A stretch of DNA of 32,000 bases from Halomicronema hongdechloris C2206. GTDB taxonomy: Bacteria > Cyanobacteriota > Cyanobacteriia > Phormidesmidales > Phormidesmidaceae. Below the pieces are notes generated by a model that was not told the DNA's origin, made no database searches, and saw only the letters and a program-made list of their open reading frames with translations. The stretch spans positions 750,001 through 782,000 of the forward strand of contig NZ_CP021983.2 in the NCBI RefSeq assembly GCF_002075285.3, written 5' to 3'. The position numbers were made by a program, and so were the translations under genes. Shown one piece after another: positions 10,344 to 18,950 of this stretch (within the stretch, counting starts at the first letter, position 1; each line of letters begins with the position of its first letter).

Positions 10344-10951
10344 CCGAGAGAGCCGAGACGATCTAGCGGCCAGAACCGGAACTGAGCTCGACCGATGATA
10401 TTGTCCTGGGGTAAAACGCCCCATACATGGGAATCGTTGCTGTCGTTGCGGTTGTCTCCCATGACAAACACATGCCCCTCAGGCACATAGACAGGATCCA
10501 TCTGGTACTGGGGTGGCTCTAGAATATAGTCCTCCTGTAGGGGGTCGCCATCCACATAGACCTGCCCCTGCTGCACCGATACAGTTTGTCCAGGAACTGC
10601 TATGACTCGCTTGATAAAGGCCTGGCGGCCACGATAGCCCCATTCTCTTAGTTGCGGCGGGGGCTGGAACACAATCACATCTTTAGGATGGGGCGGACTG
10701 AGGCGATAGGATACCTTCTCCACGATCAACCGATCGCCAATGGCTAGGGTGGGTTCCATGGAGTTGGAGGGAATGAAGCGAGGCTCAGCAATAAACACCC
10801 GGGTCAGCAGAGCAATGGCTAAGGCCACTGCCAACAAGCGAACATTATCCCGTTGGGATTGCCACCAGCGTTGCCACGGAGACTGACTAGGGGATTCAGA
10901 GGTACTAGTTGAGGAGGAAGATTGTATAGGAGAATTGGGGTCGGGCGCCAT
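10340..10951 (-). CDS. lepB: signal peptidase I
   Basis: SNSMEPTL (catalytic Ser box), IKRVIAVPG (Lys box), GDNRNDSNDSHVWG, and an N-terminal TM segment. Confidence 0.9.
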   Translation of the reverse strand: MAPDPNSPIQSSSSTSTSESPSQSPWQRWWQSQRDNVRLLAVALAIALLTRVFIAEPRFIPSNSMEPTLAIGDRLIVEKVSYRLSPPHPKDVIVFQPPPQLREWGYRGRQAFIKRVIAVPGQTVSVQQGQVYVDGDPLQEDYILEPPQYQMDPVYVPEGHVFVMGDNRNDSNDSHVWGVLPQDNIIGRAQFRFWPLDRLGSLG

Positions 10952-11203
10952 TGAGGTTGTTGAGGACAGCAGTTGCGATATTTGGCTATAGCCACGATAC
11001 CTTTTCCATATTAGTCCCCTACTCTCTCTGCTCCGTCCTCCCCATTACCTGCCTTGCCCCTCTGTTCTTCGCCCGTGGATCTTCCCCTTGCTGTACACCC
11101 CTTAACTAGGTTCGGACAAGGCAAACCCACGCTACTCCCTCCATCACCCCTTTACCCCGTCACCCATCCACTCATCACCCCGCCCACCCTATTTCCAGGC
11201 TCC

Positions 11204-14200
11204 CTAGAAGCGGGTCTCGTATTCCAACAAAATACCGGAGCGTTCCTCAAATTCTTGCAGGCTGGTGATGCCCCGCAGGGTTAATTCGTCGCTCAGACGA
11301 TAGCGAATATTAAACTGAGCCGGGGTGTCATTCGTCAGCACCTTGAGCACCGAGGCCGACAAGTCTGAATTGATATCAACCCCCACCTCGGCTCCCACAT
11401 CGAGAGCCGTGTCACTATCTTGGGCTGAAGTCGGGGTAACCGGAAAGATACGGAATTCACTCAGGCTGAGGGCACTACCTAGGGCGTCCTGGATGGTATT
11501 GAAGAGGGCGGTTCCGGCTAGGGCCAATAGTCCTTGAAAGTCGTCTCCGTCGCCGCCGACACTGCCTAGGGTAGATTCCAGCGCCGTCAAGAAACCTCCA
11601 CCAATTAGAGATAGGAGTTCTCCCTGGGAGCGAGGCGGAGTACTGGTCAGGGTTAAGCCTGGCGGTAGTTGACCGACGGAGGCATCGGTGGTGGTTTGAG
11701 CAAATTGACTCAGTCGGCTGGCCCGACCTGAGTATTCGGCCCGGATGCGGACGGTGCGCAGCCCCCCTTGGTTAATCCCTAACAGATCCGGTGGCGGATC
11801 GCTGACTTCAGAGCGGGGAAAGGGAGAGGCTTGCACTAGGTTTGTAGTCTGGCCGGTAGCTTCGGGCACCGAGGTTCGGAAAGCCACGTTGAGTTCAGGT
11901 TCTAGCCCCAACTCCGGCGTAAATTCGGCCCAGTTGTCATTGCCAGCTAGGCGGAATGAGGTGGTAAATAGGTTGATGCGACCAGAGCCGAGATTAATGC
12001 GGCCATCGGGGCGCAAGTCTGAGAGTTGGCCATTAACCATCAGATCGCCACTGGCAGCCACATTCAAAATGGGATCTGACACCACCCGCACATTGTTGGC
12101 CAAGGATACTCTGAGATTGCTGAGACGGGGCGGGGGGGGACCGCCGGCTTCGGCTGCAGTAGCATCGACAGGCGTTGCCTGAGCAGCTTGCTCTGGGATG
12201 AAAATTCTTCCCTGGGAGAGCTCCACGACACCACCCAGAGCGGCTCCCCCTAGGGCACTGCCACCAACAACAACACGACCGTTAACCTGCCCTGCATAGA
12301 GCCCTTTCAGATTTAAGGCAATCTGATCCATGGCTAGGAACAAGGGCTGTTGCCTCAGGCTCTCGAGGGGTGGGCTGCTGTCTGGTGGCGCTAGAGGTGC
12401 CGAGGAAGGGAGCTCAGGGGTGTTCACCAGGGGAGTGCCCAAGGGAAAGGTCCCCTGGGCAAAGAGTTGACCATCGCTGAAGGTGCCTTGTAGGCGCTCG
12501 ACGATGATGTCTTGCTGAGAAAATCGCAAAGAGCCAGTGATGTTGGTCAGGGGTTCGGGCAGCACCCGAGCATTCAGGGTGACTTGCTCCAGGTCAGCTT
12601 GGCCGGTAATCGATAGACGGGCCAGGTCTCGTGGATCGCCGGACCAGGGGCCTCGCACCCTCAGGGTCAGATCTCCCTGGCCAGACTGCCAGGCGATCTG
12701 GTTGTTGAAGAGATTGATCAGGGCGAGGCCATCGTCGCGAATGTCGACATTTAGGGATAGCTCATTGCTATCAGGACCCTGTTCGCCGAAGGGAAGTTGA
12801 TAAGGGACACTGGCTTGCAGCAGCAGGGGATCCTCTGGATCATCGAGCACCATCTGACTTTGTAGATTCAGCCGGGCATCGGTGTAGATAAATTTAGCCT
12901 CGGCCGATTGAATGGAATTGCCATTTATCCTGGCTTCCTCCAGATTCATGGCCCCCCGCAGCTGGGGATTGCTGAGATTCCCAGTGAGACTGGCTTGGGC
13001 ATCGAGTCGTCCTCGTAGACTGCGGGGCAATCGCAGCGGTTGACTCAGGTTGGCTAGGGGGATGCCTGCAGCCGTCAGAGTAAGGGTACGGGCCACGGTG
13101 TCGGTGGGGTCAAGGCTGTACTCACCGCTGATGTTGACAAAGATGGGGCGGGCCGCATCGGCTGCCTGGAATCGCAGCGGTTGGAGCTGCAGTAAACCAT
13201 TGGTGTAGCTGCCTTCTGCTATCACCTGATCGGCAGCATAACGAGATCCCCACTGCCAATCTTGGCCCTCTAGATCGAAGTCCACCGTGATGTCTTCTGG
13301 CGGAGAGCCGCTGACCGTCAGGTTGCCGGAGAAATCTCCCGTGAGGTCGCTCAGGGGAGGTAAGGGAGCAGCCTCGGCCTCGGTCTCGGCAATATCCTGG
13401 AGTTCCTGGATCTCCGCCAGTCGTCGCAGCTGGTCGAGCAGGGACCACTCTGGCTCACCCGCAGGGGCAGTAGCCAGAATAGTCTCTAGGTTCTCTGGGG
13501 CATCGGGGCCGGCCCAGGAGGGTGGCGTTAGGCCCCGCTGCAGGTCGTTGAGTTCGAAGAACTGCAGGGTAGTCAGTACGTCTTGGAGTTTGCCCCGGTC
13601 CACGTTGACTTCAGCCCTGAGGGCGGGGGCTTGGCTGCGGTCGTAGTAGCCAGTGAGGAGGTATTTGCTTTCTCCGGTAACTACTTTGGCACCACTGAAG
13701 CTGAGGCGATCATCGCTGTAGGCGATGCGACCCACAATCTGATCGACACCCAGATAGCCGAAACTAGGTTGGCTGAGGTCGAGGCGGCCTACGACAGTTT
13801 GGTTGTCTAGATTAATGCTGAGGTCGGCGGTCTCGACGGTGCCTCGCACCGGGGTGCGGCGGGCCTGTTCTCCCAGGGCCAGATTGAGAACGGCCAAGGG
13901 GAACTGGGTAGCATTAACCCGCAGGACATCGCCGTCGGTGCGGCCAGTGGCCAGGGCCTCACCAGCCCGGAGGGTGAAGTCTAAGGTGCGATCGCGAGTG
14001 CCATAGTCCACAAAGATTTCATCTTGCTGGCCAGTGAGGGCGACGGTGAGGCCGGTCTGGCTAGAAAACTGTACTGGTCCTGAGAGTCGCGATTCAAACT
14101 TTAGATCATTCACCGCCAGGTTAGCCAATTGGGCCTGCCCTTGCAGACGTAAGTCGCTCAGGTTACCGGTAAGACGGCCGCTGAAGCTACCCTGTCCCTC

Positions 14201-16453
14201 CAGAGCCACCGCCGCCGGTAACGGTAGAGCCGCCAGGGCATAGTTCTGGGCCTGGATATCGAGATTGAGGCTGGCAATGGTAGGGGCTCCCTCCCCATCT
14301 AGACGAGGAATAATGAACCCGCTCACCTGCAGGTCGGCGGTGCTGGCCTGGGGAATCTGTAACCGCTGGCCATCCCAGACTAACCGACCCGTTAAAGGAG
14401 TATCGACTTGGGCCAGTTGGGGCGAGGCACTGGCAAAGCTGGCCAATCCAGAGGCCAGGTTGAACGATCCCTGGCCACGAATGGCAGCCAGGCTGAGCTG
14501 ATCGATGGGACCGGAAAGGTTGAAGCTGCCACTGGCCTGACCCTGCAACTGATCAGAGAATTGATTTAGCGCCAACTGCTGGCCCCGCACCTGGGCCGTC
14601 CAGCGGCCATTGGCCAGGGTGGCCTGGCTAGAGATTTCTCCAGCGGCCAGGGCCAGGGTGATGGCTCCTTGCCCTTGGATACCCTGGAGGGTGAGATTAT
14701 CGAGGCTACCGCTGAGGTTGGCCTGACCGCTGGCACTGCCGTTGAGGGCGGGCGTCAAGCGAGCCAATTGAATTCCCCGACCCCGCAGGGCGGCCTGCCA
14801 GTCGCCGTCTTCTAGAATGCCATCCACCATAACGGTGCCCCCTGCTACCTGGACGAAGGTATCTTGCAGGGTGACGACGCCATCGGTGAAGGCGATGTCT
14901 CCTCGGGCTGGATAGGTGCCACCGGGAGCCCGCCAGCTAGCGTCTCCATTGAGGCGATCGAGGGGGCCAGTCACCTGGCCAGTCAGGGAGACCGGGCCAA
15001 TAGTGACCGTTTCTGGCAGGCCATAGGCCTGAGCAATGGCATCGGCTGGCAGCTCAGAGCCGTCGACGTCTAAGGACAGGGTGCCGGGCTGCCCTAAGGT
15101 ATAGGTCCCCTGAGCGACTAGTTCTCCGCCCTCAAGGGGACGAGCCTGTAGAGACTCGATGGTAATCGTTGGCTGCTGCCAAAGTAGGTCGGCGCTGAGG
15201 CTAGCAAAGGCGACTTTATCGAGGATAACCGTGTCTTGGGACGCCAAGCTGACCGCTAACTCTGGGTCGCCCAAGGGCCCCTTTAAGGTGGCCTCAGCGG
15301 CAAAGATGCCGGTGGTGTCGATGGGTACCTCGAAGGCCAGGGCTTCCGCTAATTCGGCCACGGTGAAGGGATTGGCTTCAGCGCTGAGGTCATAGCCCTG
15401 CTCTAGGTCAATGACGCCCTCAGCGGTGGCTGAGAGCTGATCCAGCTCAGCGGCCAGGGAATCCACCAGAATCTGGCCGTCCCGCAGTTGCAGTTGGCTC
15501 TCGATGGCGCTGATGGGCTGGGCCAAGGATGGAAGTGCAACCTCACCCCGACGGATCCGGGCCGTTCCTCCCAGGGCGATCGGTTGCTCTGGGGCCAGCT
15601 CTACCATGACATTGCCATCGATCAGCCCATCGTTTACTGTCAGGGGCAAAGGATTAGGCAGAAACGACTCCACCAATGGCACCACCGCCTTAGCTGCCAG
15701 TCCTTGGGCCTGCACCGCCACATTGGCCGTGATGCCAGCTCCTGGGGCCGCCTCAGCTGCCTCCTGCGGCGGTGGCGGTTGCAGATAGGCCCCCTGCACC
15801 TCCAACTCCCCTCCCTGCAGCAGGCGCGTCTGCAGATCGACATCGTACTGACGGGCCACCTCTTCCCGGTCCGGCTGCTCGATTTCGGTAATATCGACTG
15901 TACCCTCTAAGTCTGCCAAGGACACCGTTGGCGCCTCAGTCTCTAGGTCATAGGTCGATAGCAGCACTTCCCCCTGGCGCACCCGCACCCGATCAGTCTT
16001 GAACTTGATGAATGCTTCTTCCTCAGGAATTTCAATGTCTAGATCGAGCCACTGCCTCTCTTGGTCCTGCTCCACCACCGCCTTCACCTCATCCAGGGTG
16101 ATGGTCAGGTGCAGCTCTCGGGTGAGTATCTGCAGCGGGTTAAACCCTACCCGAATCGATTCCACATAGACCGTATCGGGATCTGTAGGCGTGGCCGGCA
16201 GGGCCGACGGACCCAGGCGAATCCCGGTCAGGGTTACCCGTTCCACCTCTCCCAATTCCACCGGACGATTAACAATATTGCTAAGGGAGCGAGCCACCAG
16301 GGGAGACAGGCGTTCATGGATAAACACCCAGCCCCACCAGGCCCCTGCGGCCACGCCTAAGACAGCCACCGACCCAGCTATCCAGAGGGTGCGGGTCCAC
16401 CGCCGCCCCCTATTTGATGGAGACTCGGAACCTGGATTGGGAGACTGACTCAT
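11204..16453 (-). CDS. TamB-like translocation and assembly module protein (DUF490 C-terminus; homologue of plant TIC236)
   Basis: 1749 aa with a single N-terminal TM anchor (LWIAGSVAVLGVAAGAWWGWVF). A long beta-rich body has repetitive LxGxxxGxG segments. The C-terminus is DUF490-like and ends LLEYETRF. SD GAGG lies 5 nt before the ATG. Confidence 0.8.
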   Translation of the reverse strand: MSQSPNPGSESPSNRGRRWTRTLWIAGSVAVLGVAAGAWWGWVFIHERLSPLVARSLSNIVNRPVELGEVERVTLTGIRLGPSALPATPTDPDTVYVESIRVGFNPLQILTRELHLTITLDEVKAVVEQDQERQWLDLDIEIPEEEAFIKFKTDRVRVRQGEVLLSTYDLETEAPTVSLADLEGTVDITEIEQPDREEVARQYDVDLQTRLLQGGELEVQGAYLQPPPPQEAAEAAPGAGITANVAVQAQGLAAKAVVPLVESFLPNPLPLTVNDGLIDGNVMVELAPEQPIALGGTARIRRGEVALPSLAQPISAIESQLQLRDGQILVDSLAAELDQLSATAEGVIDLEQGYDLSAEANPFTVAELAEALAFEVPIDTTGIFAAEATLKGPLGDPELAVSLASQDTVILDKVAFASLSADLLWQQPTITIESLQARPLEGGELVAQGTYTLGQPGTLSLDVDGSELPADAIAQAYGLPETVTIGPVSLTGQVTGPLDRLNGDASWRAPGGTYPARGDIAFTDGVVTLQDTFVQVAGGTVMVDGILEDGDWQAALRGRGIQLARLTPALNGSASGQANLSGSLDNLTLQGIQGQGAITLALAAGEISSQATLANGRWTAQVRGQQLALNQFSDQLQGQASGSFNLSGPIDQLSLAAIRGQGSFNLASGLASFASASPQLAQVDTPLTGRLVWDGQRLQIPQASTADLQVSGFIIPRLDGEGAPTIASLNLDIQAQNYALAALPLPAAVALEGQGSFSGRLTGNLSDLRLQGQAQLANLAVNDLKFESRLSGPVQFSSQTGLTVALTGQQDEIFVDYGTRDRTLDFTLRAGEALATGRTDGDVLRVNATQFPLAVLNLALGEQARRTPVRGTVETADLSINLDNQTVVGRLDLSQPSFGYLGVDQIVGRIAYSDDRLSFSGAKVVTGESKYLLTGYYDRSQAPALRAEVNVDRGKLQDVLTTLQFFELNDLQRGLTPPSWAGPDAPENLETILATAPAGEPEWSLLDQLRRLAEIQELQDIAETEAEAAPLPPLSDLTGDFSGNLTVSGSPPEDITVDFDLEGQDWQWGSRYAADQVIAEGSYTNGLLQLQPLRFQAADAARPIFVNISGEYSLDPTDTVARTLTLTAAGIPLANLSQPLRLPRSLRGRLDAQASLTGNLSNPQLRGAMNLEEARINGNSIQSAEAKFIYTDARLNLQSQMVLDDPEDPLLLQASVPYQLPFGEQGPDSNELSLNVDIRDDGLALINLFNNQIAWQSGQGDLTLRVRGPWSGDPRDLARLSITGQADLEQVTLNARVLPEPLTNITGSLRFSQQDIIVERLQGTFSDGQLFAQGTFPLGTPLVNTPELPSSAPLAPPDSSPPLESLRQQPLFLAMDQIALNLKGLYAGQVNGRVVVGGSALGGAALGGVVELSQGRIFIPEQAAQATPVDATAAEAGGPPPPRLSNLRVSLANNVRVVSDPILNVAASGDLMVNGQLSDLRPDGRINLGSGRINLFTTSFRLAGNDNWAEFTPELGLEPELNVAFRTSVPEATGQTTNLVQASPFPRSEVSDPPPDLLGINQGGLRTVRIRAEYSGRASRLSQFAQTTTDASVGQLPPGLTLTSTPPRSQGELLSLIGGGFLTALESTLGSVGGDGDDFQGLLALAGTALFNTIQDALGSALSLSEFRIFPVTPTSAQDSDTALDVGAEVGVDINSDLSASVLKVLTNDTPAQFNIRYRLSDELTLRGITSLQEFEERSGILLEYETRF

Positions 16454-16626
16454 GATCGCCTCACACCAGCAACATCATCCAAATCTTAATGAACCCTGCC
16501 GAAAATGAATAGGCTGCTCTCGCCATAGAGACTGTCATAACAGCGCGTAACAGTCGGAACAGGGCAACATCGTCAGGCCTCAAACATCCTCTAATATAGA
16601 ACGAGCAACCCAGAGGTGAATCGAGA

Positions 16627-17019
16627 ATGATGGTGTACGTGCTGCTCTTCAATGCCCGCACCGAGAACGAAGGGATTCACACGCTAAAAGTCAGCGATCG
16701 CAACGTCGTTCTCATGTTCGAGAATGAAGACGATGCTACCCGTTTTGGGCTGATGTTGGAGGCTCAAGACTTTCCAGAAGCGGCGGTGGAAGCCTTTGAC
16801 GCCGAAGACATTGAAGAATTCTGTCAGACCGCTGGCTATGAGTGCAAGTTGGTGCCCGAGGGCACCCTGGCTGTGCCTCCCGAGAATATGGTTGACCGCA
16901 CCGATTGGGATCCAGACGGTCGGCCGGCTGAGGCTACCAGCCCCACTGCAGATAATGCCGAAGAGTTCTCCCAGGCGGAACTAGACAGCATTCGCCAACG
17001 GCTGGAAGGCTTGTTGTAG
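16627..17019 (+). CDS. DUF3110-like protein (conserved in cyanobacteria and plants)
   Basis: MVYVLLFNARTENEGIHTLK...VVLMFENEDDATRF as remembered for DUF3110, with an acidic C-terminal tail. Confidence 0.55.
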   Translation: MMVYVLLFNARTENEGIHTLKVSDRNVVLMFENEDDATRFGLMLEAQDFPEAAVEAFDAEDIEEFCQTAGYECKLVPEGTLAVPPENMVDRTDWDPDGRPAEATSPTADNAEEFSQAELDSIRQRLEGLL

Positions 17020-17043
17020 TGTCATTGCAGTGCCATCCCCGCC

Positions 17044-17979
17044 ATGAGCCCCTCTGATATCCACGATCGGGGCTACCTGCTCACCGAGCAGAGTAATCCC
17101 CGCAGTCGCCAACTGGACCAACTCTCTTCCCTAGAGTTGGTGGACCTGTTCAACCAGGAAGATCAACATACCCTGGCCGCCATTGCTGCTGCCCGTGAGT
17201 CCCTAGCCACCGCCATCGATCGCATTGCCCTGGCCCTGGGGCAGGGGGGGCAGTTGTTCTATATCGGAGCGGGGACCAGTGGTCGCCTCGGGGTACTAGA
17301 CGCCGCCGAGTGTCCCCCCACCTTCTGCACCTCGCCCGAGCTTGTCCAGGGTATCCTGGCTGGGGGCACAACGGCGCTGGTTAAGAGTTCTGAAGGCCTG
17401 GAGGATGTGGCCGCCGATGGAGCTGCGGCTATGGCCGAGCGCCAGGTGGGCCCCCATGATGTCGTGGTGGGTATCAGCGCCGGCGGCACCACTCCCTATG
17501 TCCACGGTGCATTGGCAGCTGCTCGCCAACGGGGAGCGACGACGATTTTTCTGGCCTGTGTGCCCGCAGATCAGGTACCAGCCACGGTAGATGTAGACAT
17601 CCGCCTGCTGGTGGGACCGGAACTGTTGGCGGGCTCCACCCGACTCAAGGCCGGCACCGCCACCAAGATGGCCCTGAACATTCTGTCGACGGGGGCCATG
17701 GTGCGGCTGGGTAAGGTCTATGGCAACCGCATGGTGGATGTGGCCGTGACCAATCAAAAATTACAGGATCGGGCCCTGCGTATCCTGGGAGATCTGACTG
17801 GGCTGGAGCGAGAGCAGGCTGCCAAATTGCTGGTGCAAAGTGGCCAGCGGGTGAAGCTGGCTCTGCTGATGCACTGGGCTGACTTGGCCGCCGACACGGC
17901 TGATGCTCTGCTGGCGCAACATCAGGGCGACCTGCGCCAGGCCCTGCAGGTGGCGGCGGTATCGCCACCAATCCTCTAG
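17044..17979 (+). CDS. murQ: N-acetylmuramic acid 6-phosphate etherase
   Basis: SIS domain GAGTSGRLGVLDAAECPPTF, the N-terminal TEQSNPRS...LD motif, and GSTRLKAGTATKMALN. Confidence 0.88.
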   Translation: MSPSDIHDRGYLLTEQSNPRSRQLDQLSSLELVDLFNQEDQHTLAAIAAARESLATAIDRIALALGQGGQLFYIGAGTSGRLGVLDAAECPPTFCTSPELVQGILAGGTTALVKSSEGLEDVAADGAAAMAERQVGPHDVVVGISAGGTTPYVHGALAAARQRGATTIFLACVPADQVPATVDVDIRLLVGPELLAGSTRLKAGTATKMALNILSTGAMVRLGKVYGNRMVDVAVTNQKLQDRALRILGDLTGLEREQAAKLLVQSGQRVKLALLMHWADLAADTADALLAQHQGDLRQALQVAAVSPPIL

Positions 17980-18061
17980 AGCCAGATCCAGGTAATTAGA
18001 TTCAAAAAAAGTGTTATCGAGCCAGGGCAGAGACTGCTACACTAGCTAGAGCACAGAGTAA

Positions 18062-18152
18062 GGAAGTGTGGCTGAGTGGTTGAAAGCGCCTCCCTGCTAA
18101 GGAGGTAGGGGAGCTTAACCTTCCCTCGAGGGTTCGAATCCCTCCGCTTCCG
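18062..18152 (+). tRNA. tRNA-Ser (anticodon GCU)
   Basis: Acceptor stem GGAAGTG/CGCTTCC with one G-U pair. D-loop GCTGAGTGGTTGAAAGC. Anticodon stem-loop CCTCC-CTGCTAA-GGAGG. Long variable arm. T arm GAGGG-TTCGAAT-CCCTC. Discriminator G. CCA is not encoded. Confidence 0.93.
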
Positions 18153-18566
18153 TTGGTTTCAGCGATTAAGCATAGGCGGTCATTGCATAGTGTGACGCAC
18201 CGCGCTTCGTAACTTGTAGCAGGAAGTCGCGTCTGCTGGTTGCCTAGCCATCTACCTGGATTCCGGGCCGCGCTACGCTGGCCCAGAATGGCGGAATGAT
18301 GTTTTCGCAACGAGTCTGTTATCAGCCTGTCTGCAACGCGTGCTCAGTCATTTTGCTGCTAGGCGCTGAACTCTACGCTAGTACTTTGCGGCCCCTGCTG
18401 CTGCAGGAGAGCCAATTCTCTCGTAAATAGCAACTGACCTCTTGTAGTTGGGCAATACCCTTATCAATATTCCTAGACCTTTGCCTTTTCGCTCTGCTAC
18501 CTGACCTGACCAGGAATCTAGGAGGTGTCCAGGCATCCTGGATGGCCGCTCACCTTGGGCATGCCT

Positions 18567-18598
18567 CAGCTGACTCACCTAAAACACCAGCTGACTCA
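18567..18598. repeat. direct repeat CAGCTGACTCA x2, 21-nt period
   Basis: Exact 11-mers at 18567-18577 and 18588-18598. Confidence 0.8.
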
Positions 18599-18884
18599 GC
18601 AAAAAGGTGGACTGACCCTGTGCGCCTGACGAGGATAGACAAGACCGAAAAAGCCCCCGACCTACCGCAGTAGATATCAGGAGCTCTCCGGGGTTATTCA
18701 ATAGACGTTAAGTCGATAAAGCGATCTGTATAGGATTGGGTCGCGTTAAGCGAGTTCTGTATATGACCTTAGTATCGTCAGGTCTGCTTGGGCAGACAAG
18801 CTGCCACCGTCAGCCCCTACCGTTTCCTCACATAATTTGGCGCCACTTTGAAGCCTGAAACAACGCAGCGCAGCCTGGCGATAG

Positions 18885-18908
18885 TTAGTGACATTTTTAG
18901 TGACATTT
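18885..18908. repeat. tandem 12-mer TTAGTGACATTT x2
   Basis: Exact copies at 18885-18896 and 18897-18908. Confidence 0.9.
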
Positions 18909-18950
18909 AAAGAGAAATCTCCCAGACATTGCCGCGGCAACCTGGGAGAT
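18900..18950 (-). terminator. hairpin with U-rich tail on the minus strand (terminator candidate)
   Basis: ATCTCCCAG (18917-18925) / CTGGGAGAT (18942-18950) with an inner TTGC-CGCG-GCAA helix. The minus strand continues UUCUCUUUAAAU. It lies about 250 nt downstream of the ycf20-like stop. Confidence 0.4.

Noticed and set aside
11325-16448. More than 20 ORFs of 60-145 aa on the plus strand, and out-of-frame ORFs on the minus strand, inside tamB
   Set aside because: All are nested within a continuous 1749-codon frame with a coherent domain layout. They are R/P/A/S-rich in a way typical of antisense frames in GC3-rich genes.
17150-17971. Antisense and out-of-frame ORFs within murQ (17150-17371, 17259-17492, 17296-17757, 17342-17590, 17645-17971)
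   Set aside because: They overlap a well-supported MurQ frame, and their composition is typical of shadow ORFs.
18014-18310. 98-aa minus-strand ORF
   Set aside because: It runs antisense across the tRNA-Ser gene (18062-18152) and has no motifs. It is an artefact of an open frame.
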